Source: Eledone cirrhosa
Lineage: Eukaryota
DNA length: 64,000 nucleotides
Assembly (NCBI GenBank): GCA_964016885.1
Contig: OZ024743.1
Location: 49,042,001-49,106,000 of the forward strand
Reading direction: 5' to 3'
Position 1 is the stretch's first letter, and the number at the start of each line of letters is the position of its first letter. Positions 11,651 to 24,085 of this stretch are shown here, piece by piece. The notes below the pieces were generated by a model. It ran no database searches and was not told the origin of the DNA. It was given only the letters and a program-made list of their open reading frames with translations. Position numbers and translations under genes: made by a program.

Positions 11651-13010
11651 TTTTTTTTCAAAAAGTTTGAGGAAAATTTTTAAATCTTAGAAATAATTTT
11701 AATGAAAATTTTTAGAAAATTGTTGGTAAAATATAGAAATTTTCTGTAAATTTTAGAAAAATTATTTTTTCTTTTTTTTAAACCCATTAAAACATTTAAA
11801 AAATAAATTTGAGAAAATATTTGTTGAAATATTTGGAAAAAAACTGATGAATTTTTTGTAACAGTCTGAACCATTACAAATTTTTCTTAAAAACTTTTCA
11901 AAACTTTCCCCAAATTTTCCCTAAAAGTTTTATGTAAAAATTCATCAAATATATCAAACTTTTCCAAAAACTTTCCTCAAATTTTCTTAAAAAATTTTCT
12001 TCAAAACATTTTAAAAAATATTTCCTAAATTTTTTTTGAAAAGTTTTGTGAAAATTTTAAGTGACATTATGTAAAAAAAAAAAAAAATTCAGAAAAAGTT
12101 TTGAGAAAATATTTTGTGAATTTTTTTTTAAATTGATGAAAATATTTGAAAAATTTCGAGGAAAATTAAAAAAATATTTTTGAGAACAAGTTTAAAGAAA
12201 ATTTCAATGTAGATTTTTTGAAAAATTTTGCGAAATTTTTTTTAATGTTATGAAAAATTTTGATGAAGGTTTATGCAAAATTTGGAGAAAAACAAGAAAA
12301 TTGAATGTTTAAAAAAAATTCTTACATGTTTCATGTCCCCTTTACTTCACCGTGGCTGCAACCACAACCTACACCACCATCACCATTACATTCCCATTAT
12401 CTTCACCTGCACTACAATCACTGAAAGAAATTTTAAGTTGTTTTTTCAAACACACATTTGAAAAGTAAATAAAATAAAATAAAATTGATTTAGTGAAAGA
12501 GTGTAACAGAGTAATTAGATGGTTAGATTTATAAGCTAATTTAAAGTGAAGGTGTGTAATGTTTGCAAAAATTTCATCAGAATTTTCCTAGAAGAAATTT
12601 TAACAAAATGTTTTTGAAAAAATTTCCACCTTGTTCTCTTCGAAACTTTTTCTGAATTTTTTATAATTTTCCTGAATATTTTTCTCAAAATGTTCCTACT
12701 ATTATTATTTCAACAAATATAGTAGAAATAATTATTTTAACAAATAAACTCTAAAAATTATTAACAAAATTTTTTCAATAGTTTTAGAAAGGTTTTTTTT
12801 TTTTTTTTTTTTTCAATTTTTCTATACAATTTTTCAAAATTTTACTAAAATATCCCCCCTTCCCAACAAATTAAAAAAACGTTAAAAAAAATGTGAAATG
12901 TGTGTGTATGTGTGGGCAGTTGCTAAGATTTTAGGAAAATATTTTTTCTTATTTTGAGGGACATTTTTGATGAAATTTTCATGAAAAATTTTTATGAAAT
13001 ATTTGAAAAA
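11640..13010. repeat. A/T-tract low-complexity region
   Basis: Dense An/Tn runs with recurring AAAATTTT and almost no G+C except a (CAC)-rich core near 12350-12420. Confidence 0.7.
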
Positions 13011-13018
13011 TATTTAAC

Positions 13019-13213
13019 AATAATTGTTTCTACTTTTGGCACAAGGCCAGCAATTACCCCAGTGTGTTACAGGTACGTTATTTTATCGACCCCCGTAAGG
13101 ATGAAAGGCAAAGTTACCCTCGGCGGGATTTGAACTTAGACCATAAAGGGCCGTAACTCTTTGCTGCAAAGCATGGCGTCAGACCCTCTACCGATACTGC
13201 TAATCCACCGCCA
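13019..13213 (-). mobile_element. Meta-type tRNA SINE (family 'B')
   Basis: Reverse complement of GGCAGTATCGGTAGAGGGTC...GTTCAAATCCCGCCGAGG...GCCTTTCATCCTTACGGGGTCGATAAAA...GTAGAAACAATTA. Confidence 0.85.
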
Positions 13214-13430
13214 TTTAAATAATGCAAACACTAATTATCTGACAAATATTTTTGAACTATTACACTCCTTCAATTTAATGTTGCTTCAGTCTGCTCAGCT
13301 GATAAAAATAAGTTTCTCACACATTGTGTTATGCTATATTTCTCTGATTAAGGACATGTATCTGTTGTAGTGCACCTGACCACTGTACACAATAATTTCA
13401 TTATTATTATTATTATTATTATTTATCTAA

Positions 13431-13620
13431 GGGCAGTGAATTGGCAGTATCGGTAGAGGGTCAGATGCCATGCTTTGACGCATAGAGTTACGGCCCTTGC
13501 TATTCTGAGTTCAAATCCCGCCGAGGTTAACTTGGCCTTTCATCCTTACAAGGTCGATAAAGTACCAGTAATGTTCTGGGTAATTGCTGACCTTGTGTCA
13601 AAAGTAGAAACAGTTATTAT
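13431..13620 (+). mobile_element. Meta-type tRNA SINE (family 'B')
   Basis: A/B boxes, GCCTTTCATCCTTACAAGGTCGATAA core, AAAGTAGAAACAGTTATT tail. Confidence 0.85.
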
Positions 13621-14164
13621 CTATGTAGAATACTCAGCCACATTAATTTCACAAGCTGGTTGTTCAGTCAAACAACTGAAACACTCATCATCAGAACCAA
13701 TGGAGGTCAAACATACACATTCACGCACACATACATATATATGTGTGTGTGTGTGTGTGATTAACTCCAGTAGAAACCAGACATGAACAAATCTAAGAAT
13801 GAATTTTGGAAAATTATGAAGAATATGAAAATTTGAAGATCTACCAAATTTCATTCTTTGGTACGGCCAAGCGTATGACAAAGTCTCTAGTGCTGCTGCC
13901 AGGATAAAATGAGTCCAGTATCTCCTGTAAAATGTCTGTTGGTGCTACAATAAAATGCACCTAATCCATTCTGTAAAATGGTCGTGCTGGTGTCATGAAA
14001 ATTACACCAAGTACAATCTGTAAAGTGGCTAGCATCCAGCCAGAGAAACCATACAAAATATGAAATGTATGAGAAAGATGAGGTCAAACCAATCTGTCTT
14101 GTCTCAAACTCTGCCAACCTATCCAATGCATGCCAGTGTGAAAAGCTGGTGCAAAATTGTATAT

Positions 14165-14878
14165 CATCATCATTTTTTTTTTTTTTACGTCCGCTTTTCC
14201 CTGCTTGCAAGGGTGGGATGGGAACTGATTCTGGCTCGATTTCTACAGCTGGATGCCCTTCCTAACACCAACCTCATTTTACAGTGAGTGCTGGGTGCTT
14301 TTTTGCTGTGGCACCTCCACGACCACTTTGCAGTGGAATGATAAGGACCCCAGTCCCTATCATCTCATTTCTACAGCTGAGTAAACTGGAGCAATGTGAA
14401 ATAAAGTGTCTTGCTCAAGGAAACAACACATCGCCCGGTCTGAGAATTGAACTCACAACCTTTCGATTGCAAGGCCAATGCTCTAACCACTATATATTTA
14501 TATATTGTATATATGTATATATTTATATATATATATATGGAGGCACATGGCTTAGTGGTTAGAGCATTGGCCTTGCAATCGAAAGGTTGTGAATTCAATT
14601 CTCAAACCGGGTGATGTGTTGTTTCCTTGAGAAGACACTTTATTTCACATTGCTCTAGTTTACTCAGCTGTAGAAATGAGATGATAGGACTGGGTTCCCT
14701 ATCATTCCACTGCAAAGTGGTCGTGGAGGTGCCACAGCAAAAAAGCACCCAGCACTCACTGTAAATGAGGTTGGTGTTAGGAAGGGCATCCAGCTGTAGA
14801 AATCAAGCCAGAATCAGTTGCCGTCCCACCCTTGCAAGCAGAGAAAAGCGGACGTAAAATGATGATGATGATGATGAT
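14165..14878. mobile_element. Head-to-head pair of CORE-type SINE A copies (14165-14490 -, 14538-14878 +)
   Basis: Two near-identical ~330-bp copies in opposite orientation separated by a (TA)-rich spacer. Confidence 0.92.
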
Positions 14879-15203
14879 TTGGGGTTATTTCTAGTAGATG
14901 GTAGTAGAAGTTTAGCATATTTAAGAGAGAAATTCCAAAACATTTCGGGGAGTTTCAGTTTGCTTTGGAAAGCATATGGCTTGGAATTTAATCTTAACTT
15001 AATCTTTTTAAATGTTTTGCAAGATTTCTTATCTTTTTATTTATTTGCTTTGAGATCTAAGTAAATTTGGTATATTTGCCTTGAAGTAGTAATTTTTTTG
15101 TAAAAAAGTAGTGTGTAATTTTACATTGGAACTGTAGAAATTTAACCTGTTTGCATTGACTGCGATATAACCTACTTTGGGGAAATTTAGTTTTGTTTAG
15201 AGG

Positions 15204-15407
15204 TAATAATTGTTTCTACTTTAGGCACAAGGCCAGCAATTATCCAGTACATTACTGATACTTTATTTTATCGACCCCGTAAGGATGAAAGGCAAAGTTA
15301 ACCTCGGCGGGATTTGAACTCAGACTGTAAAGGGACGTAACTATGCTAGGAAGCATGGCGTCCAGCCCTCTACCGGACTCTCTACTGATACTGCCAATCT
15401 GCCGCCC
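15204..15407 (-). mobile_element. Meta-type tRNA SINE (family 'B')
   Basis: Same sequence as 13019-13213. Confidence 0.85.
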
Positions 15408-15974
15408 TATTTTATGTAAATACACAGATTTATACCTTTTGGGTCACCTTTTGTTATAGTATTTTCTGATATCATATTTATATTTTTCATCATGGATTCA
15501 TTTCATTTCTTTCTTTAATAGTTTGGTATTTTCTTGATTATTAATTTGGTTTTTATGTTATGGTATGAGAACTAGAGTTCCCTATGCACGGTCTCACGTA
15601 ATCTTAGTGAATAGTTTGAAGGTTTAATATCAAGAGTTTATGGGAGAGGCCTATTATTCTATGGGGTTGTAGCCACTGCAGATAATCATAACTTTGGCTT
15701 TATTATATAGAAACTTTATCTGCAACTTGATAATGTGTCTTCCCCATAGGGTGGTTATTAAGTTCTGGTTGAATAAGCCTTGATATATTTCACAGGTGAG
15801 TATTGTTTGTTTGGCAGGAGTCATGTGTGTAGGTTGGCATTGTGTTTAGAGTATTTGCCGAGGGTGAGTTAACTAATTGGAGCAATAACAGTATTATTTA
15901 CGAATATATATGTATCATCATCATCATCACTGTTTAACGTCCATTTTTCTATTATATATATGTATATAAGCTTT

Positions 15975-16300
15975 ACTGAACAGAAAATGACAATGGGGTA
16001 GGAGGTGTAGGCATCTTACTAACTGAGAAATGGATAAATAAGGTGATAGAGGTATTTAGAGTGACAGAATTATCTGTAGGAAATAAACTGGTGACAATCA
16101 CATATACCTATGCCCCACAGGTAGGACTGGGTAAAAAACAAAAGACATGTTCTATGAGGAACTTTTACAGACAACTTCAGGTATTGACGAAAGAGATCTC
16201 ATCATCCTGGCAGGCAACTTTAATGGACATGTGGGACAGTACCAGGATGGACTCAGCAGAGTTCATGGTGGCTATGGATATGGCTCAAGGAATGAAGATG
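15975..16300 (+). mobile_element. RTE APE-domain fragment
   Basis: YAPQVGL, LIILAGNFNGHVGQ, VHGGYGYGSRNE. Confidence 0.8.
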
Positions 16301-16304
16301 TCCT

Positions 16305-19300
16305 GAGACTCCGGCAGGCCATCGAGCTAGAGGCTGAAGTCCATCCTGTGATCTTGCCTGCCATTGCTTCCGAACAGTTAAGAGAAGTGCTGCTGAAAGG
16401 CCACTCACATCTGCTTGGGATTGAGGAATATGCACCTGCTGTGGTGTGGCAAAGACCAGATTGTAGCTTTGTTGCCATGGTACTTGGTCCCATTGAATGG
16501 CTTTGCCCCATCATGCCAAAGAGCATGCATCCTAGCTTTGACAATGAAGCCTTCATGCTTAGTATTGAAGAATTGGTTGAGGGCCAATCTCGCAATAAGC
16601 ACATCAATTGCGATGCTTTTACTAAGCGCCTCATTTAACTCTCTAACTAGTTTTCACTCTACTCTATTTTTCTCTATTGCTGCAGCCTTACTGAACCTAA
16701 TGGATTCTATTCTAATCACTTTTTCAGAGCAAATCACCATATGTTGTTGATGAGTGCCTCTGTCAACACCTGCTTAACTAATTCATTAATTCAGTCTCTG
16801 CAGGCTTTGCATGCCAGGAGCAATGTGTTCAGCCTCTAGTAGCCGGGTCTCTGTCTATGAAGCCTATCTATATCAGCCACACAGATCACAAATGTGGTCT
16901 GTGTATTCAACTACCTTGAATCGTGTACAGCGTATGCTAGACTTATCTATTTCCCTACAAAATATCCATTCTAGATATGATCTGGGTGACCCAATGTGGT
17001 TTGTCGGTGTCCACATTGGCACATTCAGGAAATCCAGAGTTGGAAACATCTGAGCAGGTTTGTGAAGCTTTTACACCCTCCTCCCCTACCGCTAATCCCA
17101 CACACTCCCAGCGTGCATCTAAGATCCCTTTCCTGTCGCCTACTAACACTAAAGGAAGGTCTCCAGGCGCCAGAAGAAATCAGGCCGCCCTGCTCCTGTT
17201 GGGGCATAGACAGCCACTAACATGAAGGTGTGCCCTTCGCTGCTGGTCATGTCCAGCACCACCAACTTACCTTCTGTGTCCAAGAAAATGGCCCGTGTCA
17301 TGAGATCCAGACCTCTTTGAAACAACACAGTTACTCCGCCTCTAGTTCCTGGATGGCTTAGAGATGTGTACTCATCGTAGGTGCCAAAAATGGGTGTGAA
17401 GGCTCGTACCTCAGAGATTCTCACTGATGGCCACCACATCTATGTTCAGTGACCTGAGCTCATTGAAAGGTGTCCTCAGGTCACATGCATTTATACTCCC
17501 TATTCTGAGAGAGGCCATGTTGAATGAAAGGAGGAAATCAGTGAGAACTTATCCCTGGCTTTCAAAAGGAAGGATGGTTGCTTCATCTGTCGGGCTAGTT
17601 GTGGCCTTCTCCACAAGTGAGAACTTAGCCCTGGCTTACTAGAGGATGGACGGTTGCTTTGTCCATCCACAAGGATGTCTCTCTATATTCTACTGGGGAG
17701 GGTTTCTCCGAAGTGTCCAAATGAATCTTGGAAATTTTTTTTAAAAGCATGCGTTTTTTCGTTTATTTTTATATGTGTGGGTGGTACGAATTTTTGGGGT
17801 GCTGTGTTGTATGTAGTTAAGTAATTTTTTGTTGTCCGTGTTTATTGCTGAGTAATGCATGACAGTTATATTGTTTTATTGGATTTTAGTTTGTCGTTGT
17901 AGATGTGGGTTTATTTTTGTTTGGGTTGCTGTTGGTGTTTGTTGTAGTGTTGATAGTGGTGGCAGTGGGATTGATGATGATGTTGGTGGTGGTGGCATTG
18001 AAATTTTGATTTTTTTTGTTTGTTTATTCTGCCCTCTTTTTTTTTAGGGCAAAGGGAAAGAGTTCTTTCTCTATTCGCGATAAGTATGTGCAGGATGGTT
18101 TCATTGACCTGCATGCACCTCGGAGTGGCTAGTTGATTTTTGTCAATGCCCAGAGTCTCCCCAAGAACATTCTCATTTTCTTTTTTTGCCACTAACCCTC
18201 TATAGAACACCAAGATGGAGTTTTCACTGATCATACTGAGGGCTGTGAGCACTTGAAGACATTCCAGTCTCCAAGTGCTCCCTCTTAGTCTTTGCTTGAC
18301 CCAGGAATGCAGCTCCATTAAGGAGTTGAGCTTGGAAAAAACATGTCTAGTGATCAGTGACCACACTTGTTCACTGGAATAGTTGGAGGTATAGTAGCCT
18401 CAGCGCATATTTGTGTATCATCAGCCACAGCATACCCAATCCTCCATGTATTGGGTGTTGACAGCAGATGGATGACCTGACCAATGGAACCAGACCGCAA
18501 AAGCAAAAGAGTAGACATTCCAGTGCAGTCAGACATGGGCTAGGATAAGGCATGATGGTCAGGTGGTAGTAGATGATGGACACAATGTACATGTTTACCA
18601 CCTCTGAATGACTTTTCAAGGATAGCTCCCTCTCAGCCCATTTCTGGTTGAGAGAGGCCACCTTGCTCGTTACTGCATCCCAGTTTTTGTCCATCTGGAG
18701 GTCTGGTCGAAACCAGAGCCTGAGCAATGAGAGCAGTGCTGATCATGGCAATGTGTTTAGTCTCTGACACTATGGTAACATTATCGCTATATGTAAACAT
18801 GGATTTCCCACATCCTAGTTTGTGCGGGATGCCTCTCAATGCCTCCAATTTGTGTAGTATTTGGCTCAAGTCTTCTCTTCTTCTTCAGGGTCGTGGGGCC
18901 GAGTCCTCAAACACTCCCTCCAGTGGATCTTGTCAGAAGCAACCATCCCCAACAGATCCAGCTGGATCTCCAAGTGTGACCAGCCAAGCTCATGGATGTT
19001 ATCCAACCATCTACCCCTGAGTCTCCTACCTGTTGGTTTCACCCATAAAATCTGTCCAGCAGTTCTTTCCTGGGTCATCCTAACCACATGCCCATACTAT
19101 CGGAGCTGCGATCTCTCAATTCAGAGAAGTAGCGGCTCTACCTGGAGTGACTCTCTGATCTCCGAGCTATGTACTCTATCGAGTAATGTTACTCCAAAGA
19201 CTCTTTGGAGGAACCCTATTTTGGCCGCTTGTATTCACGATCGTATTCTTTTGGTCATTACCCAAGATTTATGACTATAGGTAAGGGTTAGCATGAAAAC

Positions 19301-19890
19301 TGAATTGAAGACAGCAAGTTTGGCTTTTACACCTACTTCTTCTGATTACTGAAAGCTGAAGCTGGCACATTACTGCATCAACCCCAGTAATTCTTGCACT
19401 TAATCCAGCCTCCTGCTTTCCATCACTCGTGAACATGGCCCCAAGATACTTGAATTTCTGTACCTGCTTCAGTGGCCCTCATTCACATGTAGCGTGCACT
19501 GTGCCAGCTTCCTTGAGAGGACGAGTGTCTCAGTTTTCACAGTACTGATTTTTATCCCAGCAATGCAGCACTCGGCATCAAATTTTTCAAGTGCTAGTCA
19601 AAGATCATCTTCTCTCGAGTGTTGAGTAACACCATGTCATCTGCAAATTCCAGGCGACTGATATTACATCTGCCAGTGATGATACCACTTCCAACCCAGC
19701 TACACATATCAATCCTGTTCATGTAAATAATGAAGAGGAGAGGTGACAATACATATAAAAGGGATGAGAGGGGACAACCTTGACAGACCGAGAACATGTT
19801 GAATATTTCCGAAAGGTGATCATTCATTCTAACCACAGAGCAGATGTTGCTGTGCATTGCAACAATCCAGCCCTTCAAAACTGGTCTGAA
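16305..19890 (-). mobile_element. Decayed L1/Tx1-like LINE pieces (APE 16305-17720; RT and C-terminal 18047-18866 and 19747-19890)
   Basis: GGVTVLF...DTEGKLVVLD...LVAVYAP (L1/Tx1 APE); QGCPLSSLLYVL, FTYSDNVT, W-x-ERELSLK, GGLG (L1/Tx1 RT region). Confidence 0.7.
18867..19753 (-). mobile_element. RTE LINE family E, 5'-truncated, nested in the L1/Tx1 relic
   Basis: SPLLFIIYM...FADD, KFKYLG, RRLRGRWLD; (GAA)n tail at 18870-18886. Confidence 0.75.
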
Positions 19891-19898
19891 GATATTTT

Positions 19899-20170
19899 TG
19901 CAGTATCGGTAGAGTGTCAGACACCATGCTTTGCAGCATAGTTATGGCCCTTTACGTTCTGAGTTCAAATCTCACCGAGGTTGACTTTGGCAGTATCGGT
20001 AGAGGGTCGGACGCCATGCTTTCCAGCATAGTTACGTCCCTTTACGATCTGAGTTCAAATCCCGCCGAGGTTGACTTTGCCTTTCATCCTTACGGGGTCG
20101 ATAAAATAAAGTACCAGTAATACACAGGGATAATTTCTGGCCTTGTGCCAAAAGTAGAAACATTATTATT
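19899..20170 (+). mobile_element. Meta-type SINE B with duplicated tRNA head
   Basis: Head GCAGTATCGGTAGAG...GAGGTTGACTTTG occurs twice in tandem (19899, 19989) before the core and tail. Confidence 0.85.
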
Positions 20171-20189
20171 ACTAGCAGAAAACCAGCCT

Positions 20190-22920
20190 TCTGGGATCCT
20201 CATGGATGTCCATAGGTCTGCTAGATATAGCAGCTACATCAGCTAATGGTGGTCCATATGTGTGCTAGAAATAGCAGCTAAATAGGGAGAACCTTATGGA
20301 GTTCCATTGGTGTGCTAGAAATATCAGCTAAATAGGGAGAAGCACATGGTGGTCCAAAGGTGTGCTAGAAATAGCAGCTGAATAATGGGAACCATATTGT
20401 GGTCCTTAGGTGTGCAAGAAACAGCAGCTAAATAGGGGGAAGGTCATGGCGGTCCATAGGTGTTCTAGAAATAGCAGCTAAGTAGGGGGGTACCTTATGG
20501 TAGTCCATAGCAACTAAATAGGAGGAACCTCATGGTGGTTCATTGGTGTGTTAGAAATCCCACATCAGCTAAGTTGGTCCTCATGGTTGTCCATAGTTGT
20601 GCAAGAAATAGCAGCTAAATTGGGGGTAACACTATGGTGGTCGATAAGGTTGCTCGAAATAGCAGCTACATCAACTAAACAGGGGAACCTCATTGTGGTC
20701 CATAGGTGTGCTAGAAATAACAGCCACATCAGTTAAACAATGAGAACCTTATAGTGGTCCGATGGCCCATAGGTGTGCTAGAAATAGTAGCTAAATAGTT
20801 GGAACCTTATGGTTGTCCATAGGTGTGCTAGAAATAGCAGCTACATCAGCTAAACAGGGGTGATTGTCATGGTGGGCCATAGGTGTGCTAGAAATAGCAG
20901 CTACATCAGCTAAACAGGGGTGATTGTCATGGTGGGCCATAGGTGTGCTAGAAATAGCAGCTACATCAGCTAAACGGGGGTGATTGTCATGGTGGGCCAC
21001 AGGTGTGCTAGAAATAGCAGCTATATAGGGGGAACCTAATGGTGGTCCATATCTGTGCTAGATATAGCAGTTACATCAGCTAAACGGGGGTACTCATGGT
21101 TGTCCATAGTTGTGCTAGAAATAGCAGCTAAATAGGGAACCTCATGGTGGTCTATATGTGTACTAGTAATAGCAGTTACTTTAGCTAAACAGGGGAACCT
21201 CATGGTGGTCCATAAGTGTGCTAGAAATAGCAGCTGAATAGGGTGAAGCACATGGTGGTCCAAAGGTGTGCTAGAAATAGCAGCTGAATAGTGGGAAGCA
21301 TGTTGTGGTCCTTAGGTGTGAAAGAAACAGCATGGCGGTGCATAGGTATTCTAGAAATAGCAGCTAAATAGGGGGTAACACTATGGTCCATAGGTGTGCT
21401 AGAAATAGCATCTAAATAGATGGAACCTTATGGTAGTCAATAAGTGTGCTAGAAATAGTAGATAAATAGGTGGAATTTCATGGTTGTCCATGGGTGTGCT
21501 AGAAATAGCAGCTACATCAGCTAAATAAGGAAACGTCATGGTGGCCCATAGGTGCGATAGAAATAGCAGCAAAATATGGGGGGGGGGACCTTCATGAAAT
21601 GCTAGAAATAGCAGCTATATAGGCAGATCCTAATGGTGGTCCATAGGTATGCTAGAAATAGCAGCTACATCTGCTAAACAGGGATGAGTGTCACAGAGGG
21701 CCATATGTGTGCTAGAAATAGCAGCTAAATAGGGGAAAGCTCATGGCAGTACATAGGTGTTCTAGAAATAGCAGTTAAATAGGGGGTACCTTATGGTGGT
21801 CCATTGGTGTGCTAAAAATAGCAGTTACATCAGCTAAACAGGGGGATCCTCATGATGGTCAATAGGTGTGTTAGAAATAACAGTCGCATCAGCTAAACAA
21901 CGAGAAGCTTATAGTGGTCCATAGTTGTACTAGAAACAGCAGTTACATCAGCTAAACAGGGGGATCCTCATGATGGCCCATAGGTGTGCTAGAAATAGCA
22001 GCTAAATAGATGGAACCTTATGGTGGTCAATAAGTGTGCTAGAAATAGTAGCTAAATAGGGAGAACTTCATGGTTGTGCTAGAAATAGCAGCTACATCTG
22101 CTAAACAGGGGTGAGTGTCATGGTGGGCCACAGGTGTGCTAGAAATAGCAGCTAAATAGGAGGAACTTCATGTTGGTCGATAGCTGTGCTAAATATAGCA
22201 GTTACATCAGCTAAACGGGGGTCCTCATGGTTGTCCATAGTTGTGCTAGAAATAGCAGCTAAATAGGGGAACCTTGTGGTGGTCTATATGTGTGCTAGAA
22301 ATAGCAGCTAAATAGGGAGAACACATGGTGGTCCAAAGTTGTGTTAGAAATAGTAGCTGAATAATGGGAACCATGTTGTGGTCCTTAGGTGTGCAAGAGA
22401 CAGCAGCTAAATAGGGGGAAGCTCATGGCGGTGCATAGGTGTTCTAGAAATAGCAGCTAAATAGGGGGTAACACTATGGTGGTCGATAGGGTTGTTCAGC
22501 TAAACAGGGGGAACCTCATTGTGGTCCATAGGTGTGCTTGAAATAACAGTCGCATCAGCTAAACAACAAGAACCTTATGGTGGTCCATAGGTTTGCTGGA
22601 AACAGCAGTTACATTAACTAAACAGGGGGATCCTCATGATGGTCAATAGGTGTGCTAGAAATAGCAGCTAAATAGATGGAACCTTATGGTGGTCAATAAG
22701 TGTGCTAGAAATAGTAGCTAAATATGGGGGGCTTCATGAAATGCTAGAAATAGCAGCTATATAGGCAGATCCTCATGGTGGTCCATAGGTATCCTAGAAA
22801 TAGCGGCTACATCTGCTAAACAGGGGCGAGTGTCATGGTGGGCCATATGTGTGCTAGAAATAGCAGCTAAATAGGAGGAACCTCATGGTGGTCCATAGCT
22901 GTGCTAGATATAGCAGCTGC
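20190..22920. repeat. Complex satellite of ~50- and ~60-bp variant units
   Basis: Recurring GGTGTGCTAGAAATAGCAGCTA(CATCAGCTA)AAYAGGGG-x-CTCATGGTGGTCCATA; near-perfect 60-mers at 20821-21000. Confidence 0.92.
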
Positions 22921-23709
22921 ATTGGGTTTTTCATGAAGACATATATCCTCTAAGCAACCATATATTAATATGCATCTGAGGGGCTTATATACCCTATTAG
23001 TTATTGTAGAATCACTGAAATGGACATACTAATTTGCATATTATTAGCACTTGTTTTATTAGTTGATTTTTAATATATATCAAAATTAACAACTAGCACA
23101 AGTACTAAAAATATGCATACTGCACTGCTATGGACATGTGATGTGTATGAAGAATGACAGTTTTATAAAAAAAAATTGCAGGGCATTCAAAGTTGGTGGT
23201 AACTGAAAAAGGTAGACCCAATAAAACTTGGGATGATGTGGTAAAGCTGACCTCACAAAGGAAATGTTACAGGATCAAGTTGTCTGGAGATATGCCATAC
23301 TACAGAACGCTAATTTTCCAACACAAAATAGGATGAAACGCAGAGAGGTGTAACAATATTTTTAGTACCTCCATCCCCCACTATCTACCACCCACGTGAT
23401 CTTCTCTCCTTTTCACATCTCTGATTCCTCCCAACGCCAGTAAGGAAAGATGGATGCACCTCTGCCAGACATTGCTCATTCCCTCACGTCTGGACTAGCC
23501 CCTCACCCAATATATACTTCCTCTACTCGTATCCTGTATTCCTCCCTTCCATATCCAACTTTGGGATTTGGGGAGGATTTTTGGTAATTTAGCAAACAGT
23601 CCAGTGAAAATATTTGTATAATGTTAATGCTCTGCCACAATAAAATGCACCTAGTACACTCTGTAAAGTGAGTGGTAGGGTTATTTAATGGTTTATGTTA
23701 CAGGATTAA

Positions 23710-24085
23710 CATCATCATCATCGTTTAACGTCTATCTTCCACGTTAGCGTGGGTTAGACGGGAGTTGTCCCACTTGAGGCAAGATTGGTCGGGTGACCGT
23801 GTCTCCCTTGTATAGGACTATCTGGCAGGTTTTCTATGGCTGGATGCCCTTCCTAACACCAATCACATTTACAGTGTGGACTGGGAACTTTTTACCGTGT
23901 TACCTACACGACCACATTACAGCGTGGACTGTGTGTTTTTTGTCGTGACACCTACACGACGTCATTAGTTTCGACTGGATGTTGTGGTACCAACATAACT
24001 TTACAGAGAAAGAGTGGTGTTGGCGGGAGTGGGAGGATGGAGTGGGGTAGTGGCTTGGGTGCGTTTGGTTTGGAGGGGCCTACTG
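23710..24085 (-). mobile_element. RTE family A 3'UTR fragment
   Basis: Reverse complement of the 48720-49112 3'UTR with (ATG)n tail. Confidence 0.8.

Noticed and set aside
14538-14612. tRNA gene
   Set aside because: A/B boxes are present but it continues into the CORE domain and LINE tail in every copy; it is a SINE head.
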